Source: a virus (taxonomy: Duplodnaviria > Caudoviricetes). From it: a stretch of 64,000 nt of DNA. Under the pieces are notes generated by a model. It did not search any database and was not told the DNA's origin. It saw only the letters and a program-made list of their open reading frames with translations. Shown piece after piece: positions 44,510 through 54,501 of the stretch. Every line of letters starts with the position of its first letter. The first letter of the stretch is position 1. Made by a program: the position numbers and the translations under genes. The stretch spans positions 9,147 through 73,146 of IMG/VR virus record IMGVR_UViG_3300037478_000223. One strand, 5' to 3'.

Positions 44510-44974
44510 GTGGCCAACTACACCATCGCCACCACCTGGGAGGCTCTGGGAGGCTCTGACGACATCCTGACGGGCAACGATCTGGGCCACCTGATCGACG
44601 AGTCAACAGAGTTCTTCACCCGAGGTGTGTCCTCCGTCGCCTCCGTCTGGGTGACCATGGACCCTCCCGGCACCCCGACCACATGGTCAGAGCCCCGGCA
44701 CCCCGACCACACGCCCCTACTCGCGGACGGCTACTACCTGTTGGAGATCCGCGAAGAGGGGGCCCCCACCAACCGTTCCAAGGGACGCGCCCGCCGGTTC
44801 GTGCACGTACAGGGACACGTCAACCCGCGTGCAGTGCGCGATGCAGAAATCGCCATCGCCGCCGTGCAGGCTGCACAGCGCGAGTTGCGGCATGCACTGC
44901 ACGAGTGGGAACAGGTCCGCACCGCGATACCGCAGGACATGCAAGATCGCTTGCAGGAACGCATCCGGCAGTAG
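44510..44974 (+). CDS. Hypothetical protein
   Basis: GGAAGGGG RBS before GTG. Confidence 0.55.
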   Translation: MANYTIATTWEALGGSDDILTGNDLGHLIDESTEFFTRGVSSVASVWVTMDPPGTPTTWSEPRHPDHTPLLADGYYLLEIREEGAPTNRSKGRARRFVHVQGHVNPRAVRDAEIAIAAVQAAQRELRHALHEWEQVRTAIPQDMQDRLQERIRQ

Positions 44975-45266
44975 CACGACATGCAACCATGCAACGGGGC
45001 CCGGCCTGCATCATGCAGGCCGGGCCCCGTTTGCATCGACGCTAGCCATGCAAGCTGGCACGAGAAAACTTACAAAGCAGGATGACACTGCAAGTCTGCA
45101 CCCGAAAACTTACATTCGCCACGCGCGTCACCGCCGACCACGTGGCCGCGCCCCGACGTCTCCCGGATGAAACGCCGGGACGCACGACCGCTGCAAATGC
45201 CCCCTTGCATGCGGCCACCGCCACCGTACCGCGCCACCGTTGCAGGCATGCAGGCGACACACTAAT

Positions 45267-45307
45267 GAAACGTTAGGGTTGCGCATTGGAGCGACGGTGC
45301 GTAACGT
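45267..45307 (+). promoter_or_regulatory. Operator-promoter GAAAC-N6-GTTGC, TTGCGC-17-TAACGT
   Basis: Direct sequence match. Confidence 0.8.
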
Positions 45308-45349
45308 GGGGCACGTCGGGAATAACCACCACACGAAAGGACACCGACC

Positions 45350-45646
45350 GTGGACCTACTGATCCTCGCCGTGGCCATCACATGCCACGCGATCATCACG
45401 CGAGACACCATCAGACGAGGTCAGATCCCGCTGTGGCTGATCATCGCATTCAACGTGACGTTGATCGGCGGCAAGATCGCTGTCATCACCTTCCCTCACA
45501 CCATCCAGTCAGCATCGCTTGTCATGCTCCTGTGTCTCATCACGTTCACGGGCTGGCGCATCCTCCAGGAAAACATCAGGCAGTGGTTCCTCAACTGCCT
45601 CACAGCATCGTTCGTGCTGCTCGCCATCAACGGCATCGCCTACTGA
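45350..45646 (+). CDS. 4-TM membrane protein
   Basis: GAAAGGA RBS; hydrophobic. Confidence 0.65.
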   Translation: MDLLILAVAITCHAIITRDTIRRGQIPLWLIIAFNVTLIGGKIAVITFPHTIQSASLVMLLCLITFTGWRILQENIRQWFLNCLTASFVLLAINGIAY

Positions 45647-45945
45647 GCCACCCTGTGCCGCCCCATGCCACACGAACGCCACACGCTGGCGCTCGCGGGA
45701 CGTGGAGTGTCACAGGGCGTGACACTGGAGAGGGGAACACCATGCACGGCAAGAAGACCCGAGGCGAGAAGCAGTGCGCCAACTGCGGTAGCTGGTTCTG
45801 GTCCATGTTCGGCGGCAAGCTCTGCGCCGCCTGCAAGTGACCATCGCGTCGTGGGGGGGCCGGGGGGGCCGCCCCCCGCCCGCAAACCACACACCGCAGG
45901 CCACACGACGCGATCAACCCAGACACGGAAGGAACCAACCACACC

Positions 45946-46719
45946 ATGAGCCACACCACACACGCCAACGTCAAGGCGGGCGAAACCGTCACCGTGAACA
46001 TCGACGCCGACCCCGGACACATGAAGCCGTTCTCGGTTACGGGCGAGACGTACCAGCTCCCGGGACACGGGAGCGACCTGTTCGTTGGCGGATGGGGACT
46101 GTCCCGACGAGACGTCACCCTCACTGACCACCAGCCCAAACGGGCCACCAGAGAGTGGCGAAACGGCACGGCCGGAACGGCGACAGTGCTCTACGGAGGC
46201 GACTTGGACCGTGCCGCTACGCGCACCGTCTTCCGCACCGCTGGCGTAGTCGCCCCGGGCGAGACAACGCGCCCGTGGGTGGACGAACTCGGGAACCTAC
46301 TCACCGACGACGAGGTAACGGCATTCGTCCCCGCCGACGCTGAGGAACTGCTCCGAAAGGTCGGCCTGCTGACCCACCAACTGGACAAGTTGCAGCGAGC
46401 GCACGACATCATGGCCGATCAGCGAGACTCATACCTCCAGATCATGGCGCGCGTGGCCGTCGAGAGGAACACGGCTCGGGGCGACGTGGAACGTCTCACG
46501 GTTGGCCTGTCCGAGGCGAACGACGCACGGATGACCATGCTTGCCGAGTTGGAGCGGATCCGCGCCGCCCACACGTCGCCGAAGGTGAAGCGGGAGGAAC
46601 TGGCCGATGCGTGGGAGGCGGGTTACGAGGCGCGAGACGAGTGGACTCCGGTCGGACCGACAGGCATCCCCCATGACCCGCCGCTGAACCCGCACGACGA
46701 GACCAGGCCGACGCCGTAG
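45946..46719 (+). CDS. Hypothetical protein with coiled coil and AWEAG...NP motif
   Basis: GGAAGGA RBS. Confidence 0.65.
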   Translation: MSHTTHANVKAGETVTVNIDADPGHMKPFSVTGETYQLPGHGSDLFVGGWGLSRRDVTLTDHQPKRATREWRNGTAGTATVLYGGDLDRAATRTVFRTAGVVAPGETTRPWVDELGNLLTDDEVTAFVPADAEELLRKVGLLTHQLDKLQRAHDIMADQRDSYLQIMARVAVERNTARGDVERLTVGLSEANDARMTMLAELERIRAAHTSPKVKREELADAWEAGYEARDEWTPVGPTGIPHDPPLNPHDETRPTP

Positions 46720-46767
46720 GCCATCCTCGCGTGGCGCTCGCTGCTGTGCGCGGTGAGCGCCACGCGC

Positions 46768-46808
46768 CCAACCTGTAGGTTGCACCATGGTCCGATGATG
46801 TGTAACGT
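46768..46808 (+). promoter_or_regulatory. Operator-promoter CCAAC-N6-GTTGC, TTGCAC-17-TAACGT
   Basis: Direct sequence match. Confidence 0.8.
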
Positions 46809-46848
46809 AGTTCAGGTCGGGAACATCCAACACACGAAGGGAACCCCC

Positions 46849-47529
46849 GTGGAGCGCACTACCTACGCCGATATCAAGCAGAACACCCCCCAGTGGAACG
46901 CGCTACGACGCGGCATCCTGACTGCCTCGGTCGTCGGACAGATCGTCACCCCTACCTTGAAGGTGGCCAAGAACCCGGCATCGCGGATGCTGGCGAACCT
47001 CCTGGTCTCCGAGCGCATCACTGGTCGCACGGAACCGACGTTCGTGTCTGAGGACATGAAGCGTGGACACGCCGACGAGGTGACCGCAAGGCGCCTGTAC
47101 TCCCTCAACCATGCCACTGTCACCCAGTGCGGTTTCATGGTGTTGGACACCGGGGGCGCCGGGTCCATCGGCTACTCACCTGACGGGGTGGTGGGCGCTG
47201 ATGGGCTGATCGAAGCCAAGTCACGCCAGCCCAAGCACCACCTGGCAACGATCCTGTCTGACGAGGTCCCTGCTGAGTACGTCGCCCAGGTGCAAACCGC
47301 TCTCCTGGTCTCCGGGCGCGAGTGGATCGACTACCTCAGCTATTGCGCGGGCATGCCCATGTGGGTCAAGCGCGTCACCCCGGACGAGAAGTGGACGGAT
47401 GCCATCCTCACGGCGGCAGCCGAGTTCGAGAAGGCAGCTACCAAGATGGAGGCGGACTACGCCGAACGGGTCAAGGGGCTCACCCCGACCTACCGCGCCG
47501 GGGACCGCAACCCCCGCGACCTTTTCTGA
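46849..47529 (+). CDS. YqaJ/lambda-Exo-like exonuclease
   Basis: QNTPQWNALRRGILTAS, IGYSPDGVVG, LIEAKS, YVAQVQ motifs. Confidence 0.9.
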   Translation: MERTTYADIKQNTPQWNALRRGILTASVVGQIVTPTLKVAKNPASRMLANLLVSERITGRTEPTFVSEDMKRGHADEVTARRLYSLNHATVTQCGFMVLDTGGAGSIGYSPDGVVGADGLIEAKSRQPKHHLATILSDEVPAEYVAQVQTALLVSGREWIDYLSYCAGMPMWVKRVTPDEKWTDAILTAAAEFEKAATKMEADYAERVKGLTPTYRAGDRNPRDLF

Positions 47530-47548
47530 CCCACACGGCACGGCCCGC

Positions 47549-47589
47549 GAAACGCTCACGTTGCGTGGCTGTGCAGTGGTGCGTAACAT
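47549..47589 (+). promoter_or_regulatory. Operator-promoter GAAAC-N6-GTTGC, TTGCGT-17-TAACAT
   Basis: Direct sequence match. Confidence 0.8.
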
Positions 47590-47638
47590 CGAACCTGTCG
47601 GGAACACCAGAACCACACGCGAGGGAGAACACCCCATC

Positions 47639-48310
47639 ATGACCATCACCACAGACACGGGCACCCTGCCGGACGTCACGGACGTCACGGACGCTGCCAC
47701 GGAGTCCAGTGAGACGCCTGCCAGCCTGGCCGAAGCGCTCATGGCCTTTCAGGCGAACTTGCCCATCATCCCCAAGACCAAGGACGGGCAGGACGGACAC
47801 CGCCCGTTCAAGTACGCGGACCTGTCGGCCATCGTGCGCAAGTGCGCGCCCCTCCTGGCCCGTTTCGGTCTGTCGGTCACGTCCGGCACCGTGATCCGGG
47901 GCGATCGAACCATCCTGGTTTCCAAGCTCATGCACGTCAGCGGAAACTACGAGGTCTCGGAGATCGACGTCACCGCGTCCCCCGGCAACATGAAGCCCCT
48001 CGGCGCAAACATCACCTATGCGCGCCGCTACGCCTACGGAGCGTTGACCGGGATCGTGACCGACGAGGACACCGACATGGACGGGACCGACGTCGTCGCA
48101 CAGATCGGCGCGGACGACGGCGAGGAAGCGGACGCATGGGCGGACAAGGCGACCCAGGAGCAGCGCGACCACCTGAACGCCGCAAACAACGAGGGCTTGC
48201 CCGTGAAGCGGATCATGTTCAACCTGTTTGGCCCGAGCGTCACACCCGACAACATCAACCGGACACAAGCCGCCGCGCTGTGCCACGCGGTGGACAACTA
48301 CCAGGCGTAA
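47639..48310 (+). CDS. ERF-family ssDNA annealing protein
   Basis: FKYADLSAI, LMHVSG, GANITYARRYAYGALTGIVTDEDTD. Confidence 0.9.
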   Translation: MTITTDTGTLPDVTDVTDAATESSETPASLAEALMAFQANLPIIPKTKDGQDGHRPFKYADLSAIVRKCAPLLARFGLSVTSGTVIRGDRTILVSKLMHVSGNYEVSEIDVTASPGNMKPLGANITYARRYAYGALTGIVTDEDTDMDGTDVVAQIGADDGEEADAWADKATQEQRDHLNAANNEGLPVKRIMFNLFGPSVTPDNINRTQAAALCHAVDNYQA

Positions 48311-48346
48311 ACCAGCCACGGCGGGACATTCCCGGATGACACACCA

Positions 48347-48380
48347 CCCCGCCTACCGGCTATATGACCGGTAGGCGGGG
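48347..48380. terminator. 13-bp stem hairpin
   Basis: CCCCGCCTACCGG / CCGGTAGGCGGGG. Confidence 0.7.
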
Positions 48381-48429
48381 CATCGTGGAACGTACAACGG
48401 TGTAACCCGCAATAGGAACGGGGAATCGC

Positions 48430-48621
48430 ATGAACACCACGAGAACGCAAGTCCGGGGGAGTAAAGCCGCGAAGACGGCACCCAAGACGCCTACCCGCAC
48501 AGCAAGCCTGAACTACGGGCCCGGCGGCATCTTCAAGGCACTCACCAAGGCAGACCTGGTAGAGAACCCGATCTTGCTGGACATGCTCAACGAGCGAGCA
48601 AAGTCCCAGGCAACATCGTGA
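48430..48621 (+). CDS. Hypothetical protein
   Basis: Short ORF, coupled to next. Confidence 0.45.
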   Translation: MNTTRTQVRGSKAAKTAPKTPTRTASLNYGPGGIFKALTKADLVENPILLDMLNERAKSQATS

Positions 48622-48746
48622 ACATCAAGGCCATCCTCAGCGGCACGGCGACCGCAACAGCGCTCATCGTCATCGCAGTGATCATTGGCGCCGCAATCGG
48701 AATCGCGGGAGGATCAGTGTTCATCTGGGCGATCGACAGAATCTGA
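48618..48746 (+). CDS. Single-TM peptide
   Basis: Hand-translated, GTGA coupling. Confidence 0.45.
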   Translation: MNIKAILSGTATATALIVIAVIIGAAIGIAGGSVFIWAIDRI

Positions 48747-48810
48747 GCAACGCGGCCCACCCTCCGCAAAAAACCATCTAACGCTCACTCACACATGAAA
48801 GGGACTAGTC

Positions 48811-49224
48811 ATGGCGCAAGTGTCCATGTGGGACGGCAGAAAAGGCCGAAAACTGTTCTCCAAGTTCGACCTATCCCCGCCCGAGTGGCACCGGGATGCG
48901 GCCTGTGGACCCGACGACGCTGAGACATTTTCCCCGGCGGATACGGACACACGTGAGACCTTGCACGAAGAGATTGCACGCATCCGCAAGGCCAAGCAGA
49001 TCTGCCGCGCCTGCCCGGTGGTGACCCAGTGCCTCACCGACGCCTACGAGAACGAGCACGAAGAAGGGATCTGGGGCGGGCAATCCGAGTACGAGCGTCC
49101 CTACACGGACAAGGCAGCCAAGTACAGGGCTAAGAAGGTCGATGGCGACTCGCGAGAGGTCCGCATCATGCGCGCGGTGCAGGCCGGGGACATCCTCGCC
49201 GCGTTCGCCGGAGGTGCCGCATGA
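48811..49224 (+). CDS. WhiB-family transcription factor
   Basis: W...AAC...AKQICRACPVVTQCL...GIWGGQSEYER. Confidence 0.92.
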   Translation: MAQVSMWDGRKGRKLFSKFDLSPPEWHRDAACGPDDAETFSPADTDTRETLHEEIARIRKAKQICRACPVVTQCLTDAYENEHEEGIWGGQSEYERPYTDKAAKYRAKKVDGDSREVRIMRAVQAGDILAAFAGGAA

Positions 49225-49949
49225 TCGAGTTCACAGCCCTCGGCATCCCCCGCCCCAAGGGGTCACTACGCCACATCGGCAAGGGCCGCATGATCGAACA
49301 GACCGACGTCAAACAATGGATGGCAGTCGTACGCTCCACCGCCGCACAGCAGATGGGGCGACGTCTGGACGGCCCGTGCGCAGCGATGGTGAAGTTCATG
49401 TTCACGCGCCCGGCCAGCGCGAAGAACCGCCTCTATCCGTCCGTTCGCAGCACGGGCGACCTGGACAAGCTCGTGCGTGCCGTCATGGACGCCATACAGC
49501 CGAAAGACGCGTGGCCGGGCGTGATCGACGACGACTCACAGATTGTCCGGATCACCGCGTCGAAGGACTACGGAAACACTCCAGGCGTCCACGTCGCTGT
49601 CTGGGAACTGACAGTGGATGAAGCATCGCTCATGATGGCAGGTGAGGGAGAAATGGACATCTACCGGTACAGCGAAGTTGACATGCTCAGCGACGACGAG
49701 ACGATGTGCAACAAGATGGCCACCGAGATCAGCGGCGGCACCCAAGGCACGTGGAACGTCGTGCCGTTGCGCTTCCCGGCGAACGACATCGACGACGCAT
49801 ACGACGCGTTCGGTGTGTGGTGGGAAGGCCACAAGCTGACGAAGGCAGAGTTCAGGGAGTCCGTGCGTCGTGACCCCTATGGTGAGTCGTGGGTGATCGA
49901 TGGCGTATTCTACGCGACCGGCGACCGGGCCGCGAAGGTGGTCGGCTGA
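49221..49949 (+). CDS. rusA: RusA-like Holliday junction resolvase with C-terminal extension
   Basis: GIPRPKGS, GDLDKLVRAVMDA, DDDSQIV motifs. Confidence 0.85.
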   Translation: MIEFTALGIPRPKGSLRHIGKGRMIEQTDVKQWMAVVRSTAAQQMGRRLDGPCAAMVKFMFTRPASAKNRLYPSVRSTGDLDKLVRAVMDAIQPKDAWPGVIDDDSQIVRITASKDYGNTPGVHVAVWELTVDEASLMMAGEGEMDIYRYSEVDMLSDDETMCNKMATEISGGTQGTWNVVPLRFPANDIDDAYDAFGVWWEGHKLTKAEFRESVRRDPYGESWVIDGVFYATGDRAAKVVG

Positions 49950-49971
49950 CGCTCCGCTGTAGTGGCATGAC

Positions 49972-50004
49972 AAGACCCCTACCGGGAAACCTGGTAGGGG
50001 TCTT
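49972..50004 (+). terminator. Hairpin terminator
   Basis: AAGACCCCTACC / GGTAGGGGTCTT followed by TGTCTGTCT. Confidence 0.7.
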
Positions 50005-50149
50005 TGTCTGTCTCTCCAACGTTCGGGAGAGGTCGCCTGGGGCGGATCCACGAAAGGAGAACTGTCGGGAACACCTATCGACGCTCCCAGGCGAACGGTG
50101 CCATCATAGCCGACTCCCGCACGCTGGACGCAACCCCCACGCACAGAGG

Positions 50150-50248
50150 ACAACGTCCGGGTTGCACAACGGCCCGGACATGTGTAACGTAGTGCTCACG
50201 AGGTCAGGGAAACAGTCCCCAACCCGAACAGACCAGGAGGTCACCATG
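50150..50248 (+). promoter_or_regulatory. Operator-promoter (TTGCAC-17-TAACGT) plus conserved long leader, cassette 1
   Basis: 50182-50245 identical over 64 bp to 54434-54497. Confidence 0.9.
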
Positions 50249-50542
50249 GACACCACAACCAAGCAGCCCACCACCTTCACCCTCTGGGTTTCCGCCTACG
50301 GCGGGTGGAACTGGGACAAGACCACCGGATCTCAGGTCCGCGTCACGTTCGAGGGACCAAACGCCGACGCCATGGCGGCTGTCTACATCCGCGACCACGG
50401 TTACCTTGCCATCAGCGGCGACGACGGCAACGCCTGGGACAACTTCCCCCTCGCCACTGCCCAGCTCTACCCGTCATGCGTACACGGCATGTCTCTTTGG
50501 CTGTGCGCAGGCCCCGACCACTACCCGAACGACTTCAACTGA
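50246..50542 (+). CDS. Hypothetical protein (cassette 1 cargo)
   Basis: AGGAGG RBS. Confidence 0.75.
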   Translation: MDTTTKQPTTFTLWVSAYGGWNWDKTTGSQVRVTFEGPNADAMAAVYIRDHGYLAISGDDGNAWDNFPLATAQLYPSCVHGMSLWLCAGPDHYPNDFN

Positions 50543-50635
50543 TCCTGACAGGCACTCTCACCCACGAGCGCCCCGGCGTTCCTGGGTGGGAGTGTCCGGC
50601 AGGACACCACCACCAACCCCATGAAAGGGAACACC

Positions 50636-50968
50636 ATGACCACCACGACCGAAGCCGGAACCACCCTGACCGTGTTCGGCACCGACGTCACCGGGACCAT
50701 CCTCGCCATCGTCGGGGACCACGCGGCAGACTTCGACCTCGAAGCCGCCGCGAACGGCTACCGGGACTACCTCGCCGGGTTCCTTCCGGACGGCTACACC
50801 ATCAGCGGCTACCAGGTCGTCAAGGACGTGGACGCGCCCCACCTGGACCGTGCCGCCCTCCGTGAGGCTGTAGCCGACGACACGGATGGCTTCGACATCA
50901 GCAAGTACGCCAAGCCCGATCCCACCACGCCTGTCACGGACGACCCGACCGGCGTCAAGAGCAGCTAG
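50636..50968 (+). CDS. Hypothetical protein
   Basis: GAAAGGGA RBS. Confidence 0.65.
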   Translation: MTTTTEAGTTLTVFGTDVTGTILAIVGDHAADFDLEAAANGYRDYLAGFLPDGYTISGYQVVKDVDAPHLDRAALREAVADDTDGFDISKYAKPDPTTPVTDDPTGVKSS

Positions 50969-51593
50969 CTCCGTCAGGCTCCATGCGGTCACCCCGTGCC
51001 GGGGTGGACGCGTGGAGTCCGGCGCGATCCGGACTGACCACCAACCAACGAGAACGGGGAACACACCATGGCTGGACTCTGGGGAGACGACGCGCCCAGG
51101 CACTCCCGACCAACCACCGACGACACCACCAAGCAGCGCGAAGGCAAGCGCTACACGTGGGGAGTGGCCGACCCCAAGGTCGGCAAGAAGAAGGGCCACC
51201 GCAAGGCCACGAGGACGGACCCCAGCCGGTGGCGGCCGAAGTCTTGACCTGACCACCACCGGCACACGCTCACAGGAAGGGACCCGCCGCCATGGACTCA
51301 TGCGATGACTGCGGCATCACCGAAGCCGAAGGCGGTGACATCGAAGTCCACCAGGTGACGCCACCCGGCGAACCGGACAACGCCTACGATGCCGCACTTT
51401 GCGAAGGGTGCGTTCTCACCCTGAGCGAGAACGGGTGCGACATCGCCTGACACCGGCCGCCCACGACGAACGGAATGAGGTGAGAACACATGCCCGGTGC
51501 CGACTGCTGACAACCACGAGCAGCGCCCGCGAACGCCACACCGTGGCGCTCGCGGGCGCTGTGGTTTCCCGGGAAGGCGCGACACCCAGTGAT

Positions 51594-51634
51594 GAAACGT
51601 AGGGGTTGCGCAACCCCCGCGATGTGTGTAACTT
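51594..51634 (+). promoter_or_regulatory. Operator-promoter GAAAC-N6-GTTGC, TTGCGC-17-TAACTT; extra palindrome GGGGTTGCGCAACCCC
   Basis: Direct sequence match. Confidence 0.8.
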
Positions 51635-51679
51635 AGTGGCTGTCGGGAAACACCAGCCACACGAAAGGCACCACACATC

Positions 51680-51961
51680 ATGCGCATCATCGTCGAGGCC
51701 ATCAACCTGTCTGACCTGCACGACCAGGGCATCGAAATCACCGAAGCAGCCTTCATGCGTGACGGGAAGCCCATGGGAAAGACCATGGTCGAAGCGTTCC
51801 ACGACCCCGAGACCGACACCGTGAACATCGACTGGAACACCTGGTCTGAGGACGTCAGCGCCTACGCCGACGTGATCGTGTGGGTGGACAGGGAGCCGCG
51901 AGACATCGCATTCACCGAGGCCACCAACACCCCCCGGACCCGTCTTCTCGGCGTCGCCTAA
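51680..51961 (+). CDS. Hypothetical protein
   Basis: GAAAGG RBS after promoter. Confidence 0.7.
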   Translation: MRIIVEAINLSDLHDQGIEITEAAFMRDGKPMGKTMVEAFHDPETDTVNIDWNTWSEDVSAYADVIVWVDREPRDIAFTEATNTPRTRLLGVA

Positions 51962-52112
51962 CAGTCTTCCCCGCGTGCCATGCCGGATCGATCCCGTGGC
52001 ACGCGGGGAACCCCAACCCGGCCGTCTCTGAGACGCCCCATCGGCAGCACACCCCCCAGTGCGGCCGGTGGAGTGCCACAGGCAGGGCACACCCCGAACA
52101 CCGGAAGGAACC

Positions 52113-52289
52113 ATGCGCGAGTACACCAAGACGCTCACCGACGACAACACCCGCAACGGCGGGCGCACCATCACCGCCGAGAACGCGTACAACGCCCACA
52201 CGCGGCCCGTGATGCCGTCCCTGGCCGACATGACGGCCAAGACGCGCAACGCCGCCACACGGGCCCTGGACGTGCTCACGGGCCGCTAA
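52113..52289 (+). CDS. Hypothetical protein
   Basis: GGAAGGA RBS. Confidence 0.5.
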   Translation: MREYTKTLTDDNTRNGGRTITAENAYNAHTRPVMPSLADMTAKTRNAATRALDVLTGR

Positions 52290-52369
52290 CCAGCCAAAGC
52301 CCGTGCCGGGTGACATGCTGGACACCCACCACCACACGACGCGACACCGGAAGGACACACGAAACCTTG

Positions 52370-52552
52370 ATGGACGGCAAGGACTACTACGACCACGACG
52401 AAACGGACGCCGACGACGACCGCGACGAACCCGCCGAGGAAGTCACCTGCTCAGGATGCGGACGCGACCACATCCCCGACGAAGGTGACCCCACCCAGGC
52501 CGACACCTGCTACGAGTGCCAGAACCGCCTCAGCCCGGGATACCAGGACTGA
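52370..52552 (+). CDS. Acidic zinc-finger peptide (CSGC, CYEC)
   Basis: Motifs; coupled to next. Confidence 0.5.
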   Translation: MDGKDYYDHDETDADDDRDEPAEEVTCSGCGRDHIPDEGDPTQADTCYECQNRLSPGYQD

Positions 52553-52644
52553 TGACCTGGCCCGAAGCATTCGCGCACGTCGGAAGCATGTTCGGATGGG
52601 CTGCCATCGTATGGGCCATCGCCTGGGCCATACGCGGAAGGTGA
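52552..52644 (+). CDS. 30-aa TM peptide
   Basis: Hand-translated MTWPEAFAHVGSMFGWAAIVWAIAWAIRGR; TGATG coupling. Confidence 0.45.
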   Translation: MTWPEAFAHVGSMFGWAAIVWAIAWAIRGR

Positions 52645-53040
52645 TTCAACAACGACTTCCCCACCACGTGAACGCCGGACGGTAGGTCTGCGCACGTTCC
52701 GCTACCGGCCACACAGGCACCCGCGAGGTGGGGCAGAGGTGAGGGGCCACCTTGAACGCCCCAGGAGAGACCAGAGGGGGACACGCTCACGCGTGTCCCC
52801 CTCTGCGACATCACCAGACGCGGACAACTGACGCGACGAAACCGAATACGACCGCTAACACGGGTAACACGCATCGTGACCCGTGGGCGCTCGCAGAAAC
52901 CGTCTGCAACATGCCAGACACCTTTGTCATCCGGCATCCAAGAAACCCGAAGCACGCGTTGCGCCCACGGGACGACGCTCCATCAGGCATCAACGAATGA
53001 CACACCTTCCCCATCACACATCTAAGAAGGGCCATGACGC

Positions 53041-53595
53041 ATGGAAGACGACGGACTCATGGACACGGTTGCAAACTCGGTTATCAGTGACCAAGCATGG
53101 GAAACATTGGTCTCAACTCACAACCCGTACCTCATCCGGCACACGCTGACGATGCTCCGCGCAGACATCAGAATCCAACGCGACCGGCGCAAAGCCTGGC
53201 TACAGGAAGGAACCTGGACAGACGACGAATATCACGCGTGGAGCAAGAAGGTCGCCAGGTTCTCAGGCAGCGTCAACACCCGGCTCACCCAGATAGAACA
53301 GATCGCGCGACAGCGCCCCGACGAAACCACCAAGAACTACTACCGTCGCCGCCACGCCGAGGACACGAGCGTCATCGCCGCACTCACCAGGGCCATTGAT
53401 GCCTACCTGGAAGACGAGAACATGAGCGCGTCAATCCTGGAAGAGGCGTTGGACATCCTGCGCAACTTCGGGCCTGAGCACGGTGACATGACCCTCATTG
53501 CCGCACTGGACGCCGGACTGTTCGACAACAGCAAGTCACCACGCCGAGACACCGGCGCCAACATGGAGGTTGCGAACCTGCCCGAAAGTGTGTAA
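53041..53595 (+). CDS. Hypothetical helical protein
   Basis: 184-aa ORF; stop codon is the TAA of the next -10 box. Confidence 0.6.
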   Translation: MEDDGLMDTVANSVISDQAWETLVSTHNPYLIRHTLTMLRADIRIQRDRRKAWLQEGTWTDDEYHAWSKKVARFSGSVNTRLTQIEQIARQRPDETTKNYYRRRHAEDTSVIAALTRAIDAYLEDENMSASILEEALDILRNFGPEHGDMTLIAALDAGLFDNSKSPRRDTGANMEVANLPESV

Positions 53596-53655
53596 CGTAC
53601 GTGGGGAGGTCAGGGGAAACCGACCCCAACCCGAACCGGCCAGGAGGTCACCATG
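53558..53655 (+). promoter_or_regulatory. Operator-promoter (TTGCGA-17-TAACGT) plus long leader, cassette 2
   Basis: Leader homologous to cassette 1. Confidence 0.85.
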
Positions 53656-54261
53656 AAGAACATCACCCTCACCGAGGCCCAGAAGACGGCCCTGCGAGCG
53701 GTCTCCGCGACCAACTTCCAGACGTCCCGCATCATCGGCGCGAACCCGTCCGCCCTGCGAGCCCTGGCCCGGAAGGGACTCGTTGAGGGCAAGTGGGCAG
53801 AGGGCTCCATCCGCCGTGACGGCACCTGGTCCTACCGGATCACCGGCAGGGGAGTCGCGGCACTGCACAAGCTGAACCGTGAGAAGTACAATGAGCCCCG
53901 TCCCATCACCGCCATCCCCTCGGGACACGACCGTCACGGTAACCAGCTCGCCCGCCGTACCTACGTGATCGACCGCAGGCCCGAGCCGTTCGGCAACGGG
54001 AACTCGCGGATCTTCTTCGAGCACAAGTCTCGCCTGGACGGCATGGATCACTTCATCCCGCATGTGGTGGTCACGGACTCGATCGAGTTCGAGCCGAAGC
54101 CCACGGCGAGCAACCTGGCCATCGGTCAGCGCGTCGTGATCACCTACGCCGATGATGAAACGTTCCACGGCGAGGTCTACGAGATCGGCCACGACGCCAT
54201 CACTGTCACCAACGGCAAGGCGTCCCGGCAGGCATGGCCTGACCAGGTCAGCCCAGCCTGA
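53653..54261 (+). CDS. Protein with N-terminal winged-helix-like domain (cassette 2 cargo)
   Basis: LTEAQKTAL...SALRALARKGLV...YRITGRG pattern. Confidence 0.65.
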   Translation: MKNITLTEAQKTALRAVSATNFQTSRIIGANPSALRALARKGLVEGKWAEGSIRRDGTWSYRITGRGVAALHKLNREKYNEPRPITAIPSGHDRHGNQLARRTYVIDRRPEPFGNGNSRIFFEHKSRLDGMDHFIPHVVVTDSIEFEPKPTASNLAIGQRVVITYADDETFHGEVYEIGHDAITVTNGKASRQAWPDQVSPA

Positions 54262-54270
54262 CGGAGGCAC

Positions 54271-54311
54271 GAGGAAGCCCCCACGCTCACCAGGCGCGTG
54301 GGGGCTTCCTC
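54271..54311. terminator. 16-bp stem hairpin
   Basis: GAGGAAGCCCCCACGC / GCGTGGGGGCTTCCTC. Confidence 0.75.
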
Positions 54312-54401
54312 TATGGGGCGCGCGGGCCCACCTGCGGCAGAGGTCCCGTGCGCCCACGATCCTACGATCTTCCATGCCCTGACGCTCGCGGACAACGCAC
54401 C

Positions 54402-54501
54402 GCAACACTCATGTTGCACATTGCGTCTGATGCGTGTAACGTAGTGCTCACGAGGTCAGGGAAACAGTCCCCAACCCGAACAGACCAGGAGGTCACCCGT
54501 G
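54402..54501 (+). promoter_or_regulatory. Operator-promoter (TTGCAC-17-TAACGT) plus long leader, cassette 3
   Basis: Perfect operator; 64-bp identity to cassette 1. Confidence 0.9.

Noticed and set aside
50063-50075. Orphan CTGTCGGGAACACC leader-like element
   Set aside because: No -10/-35 or operator at the right spacing and no start codon following; at most a remnant
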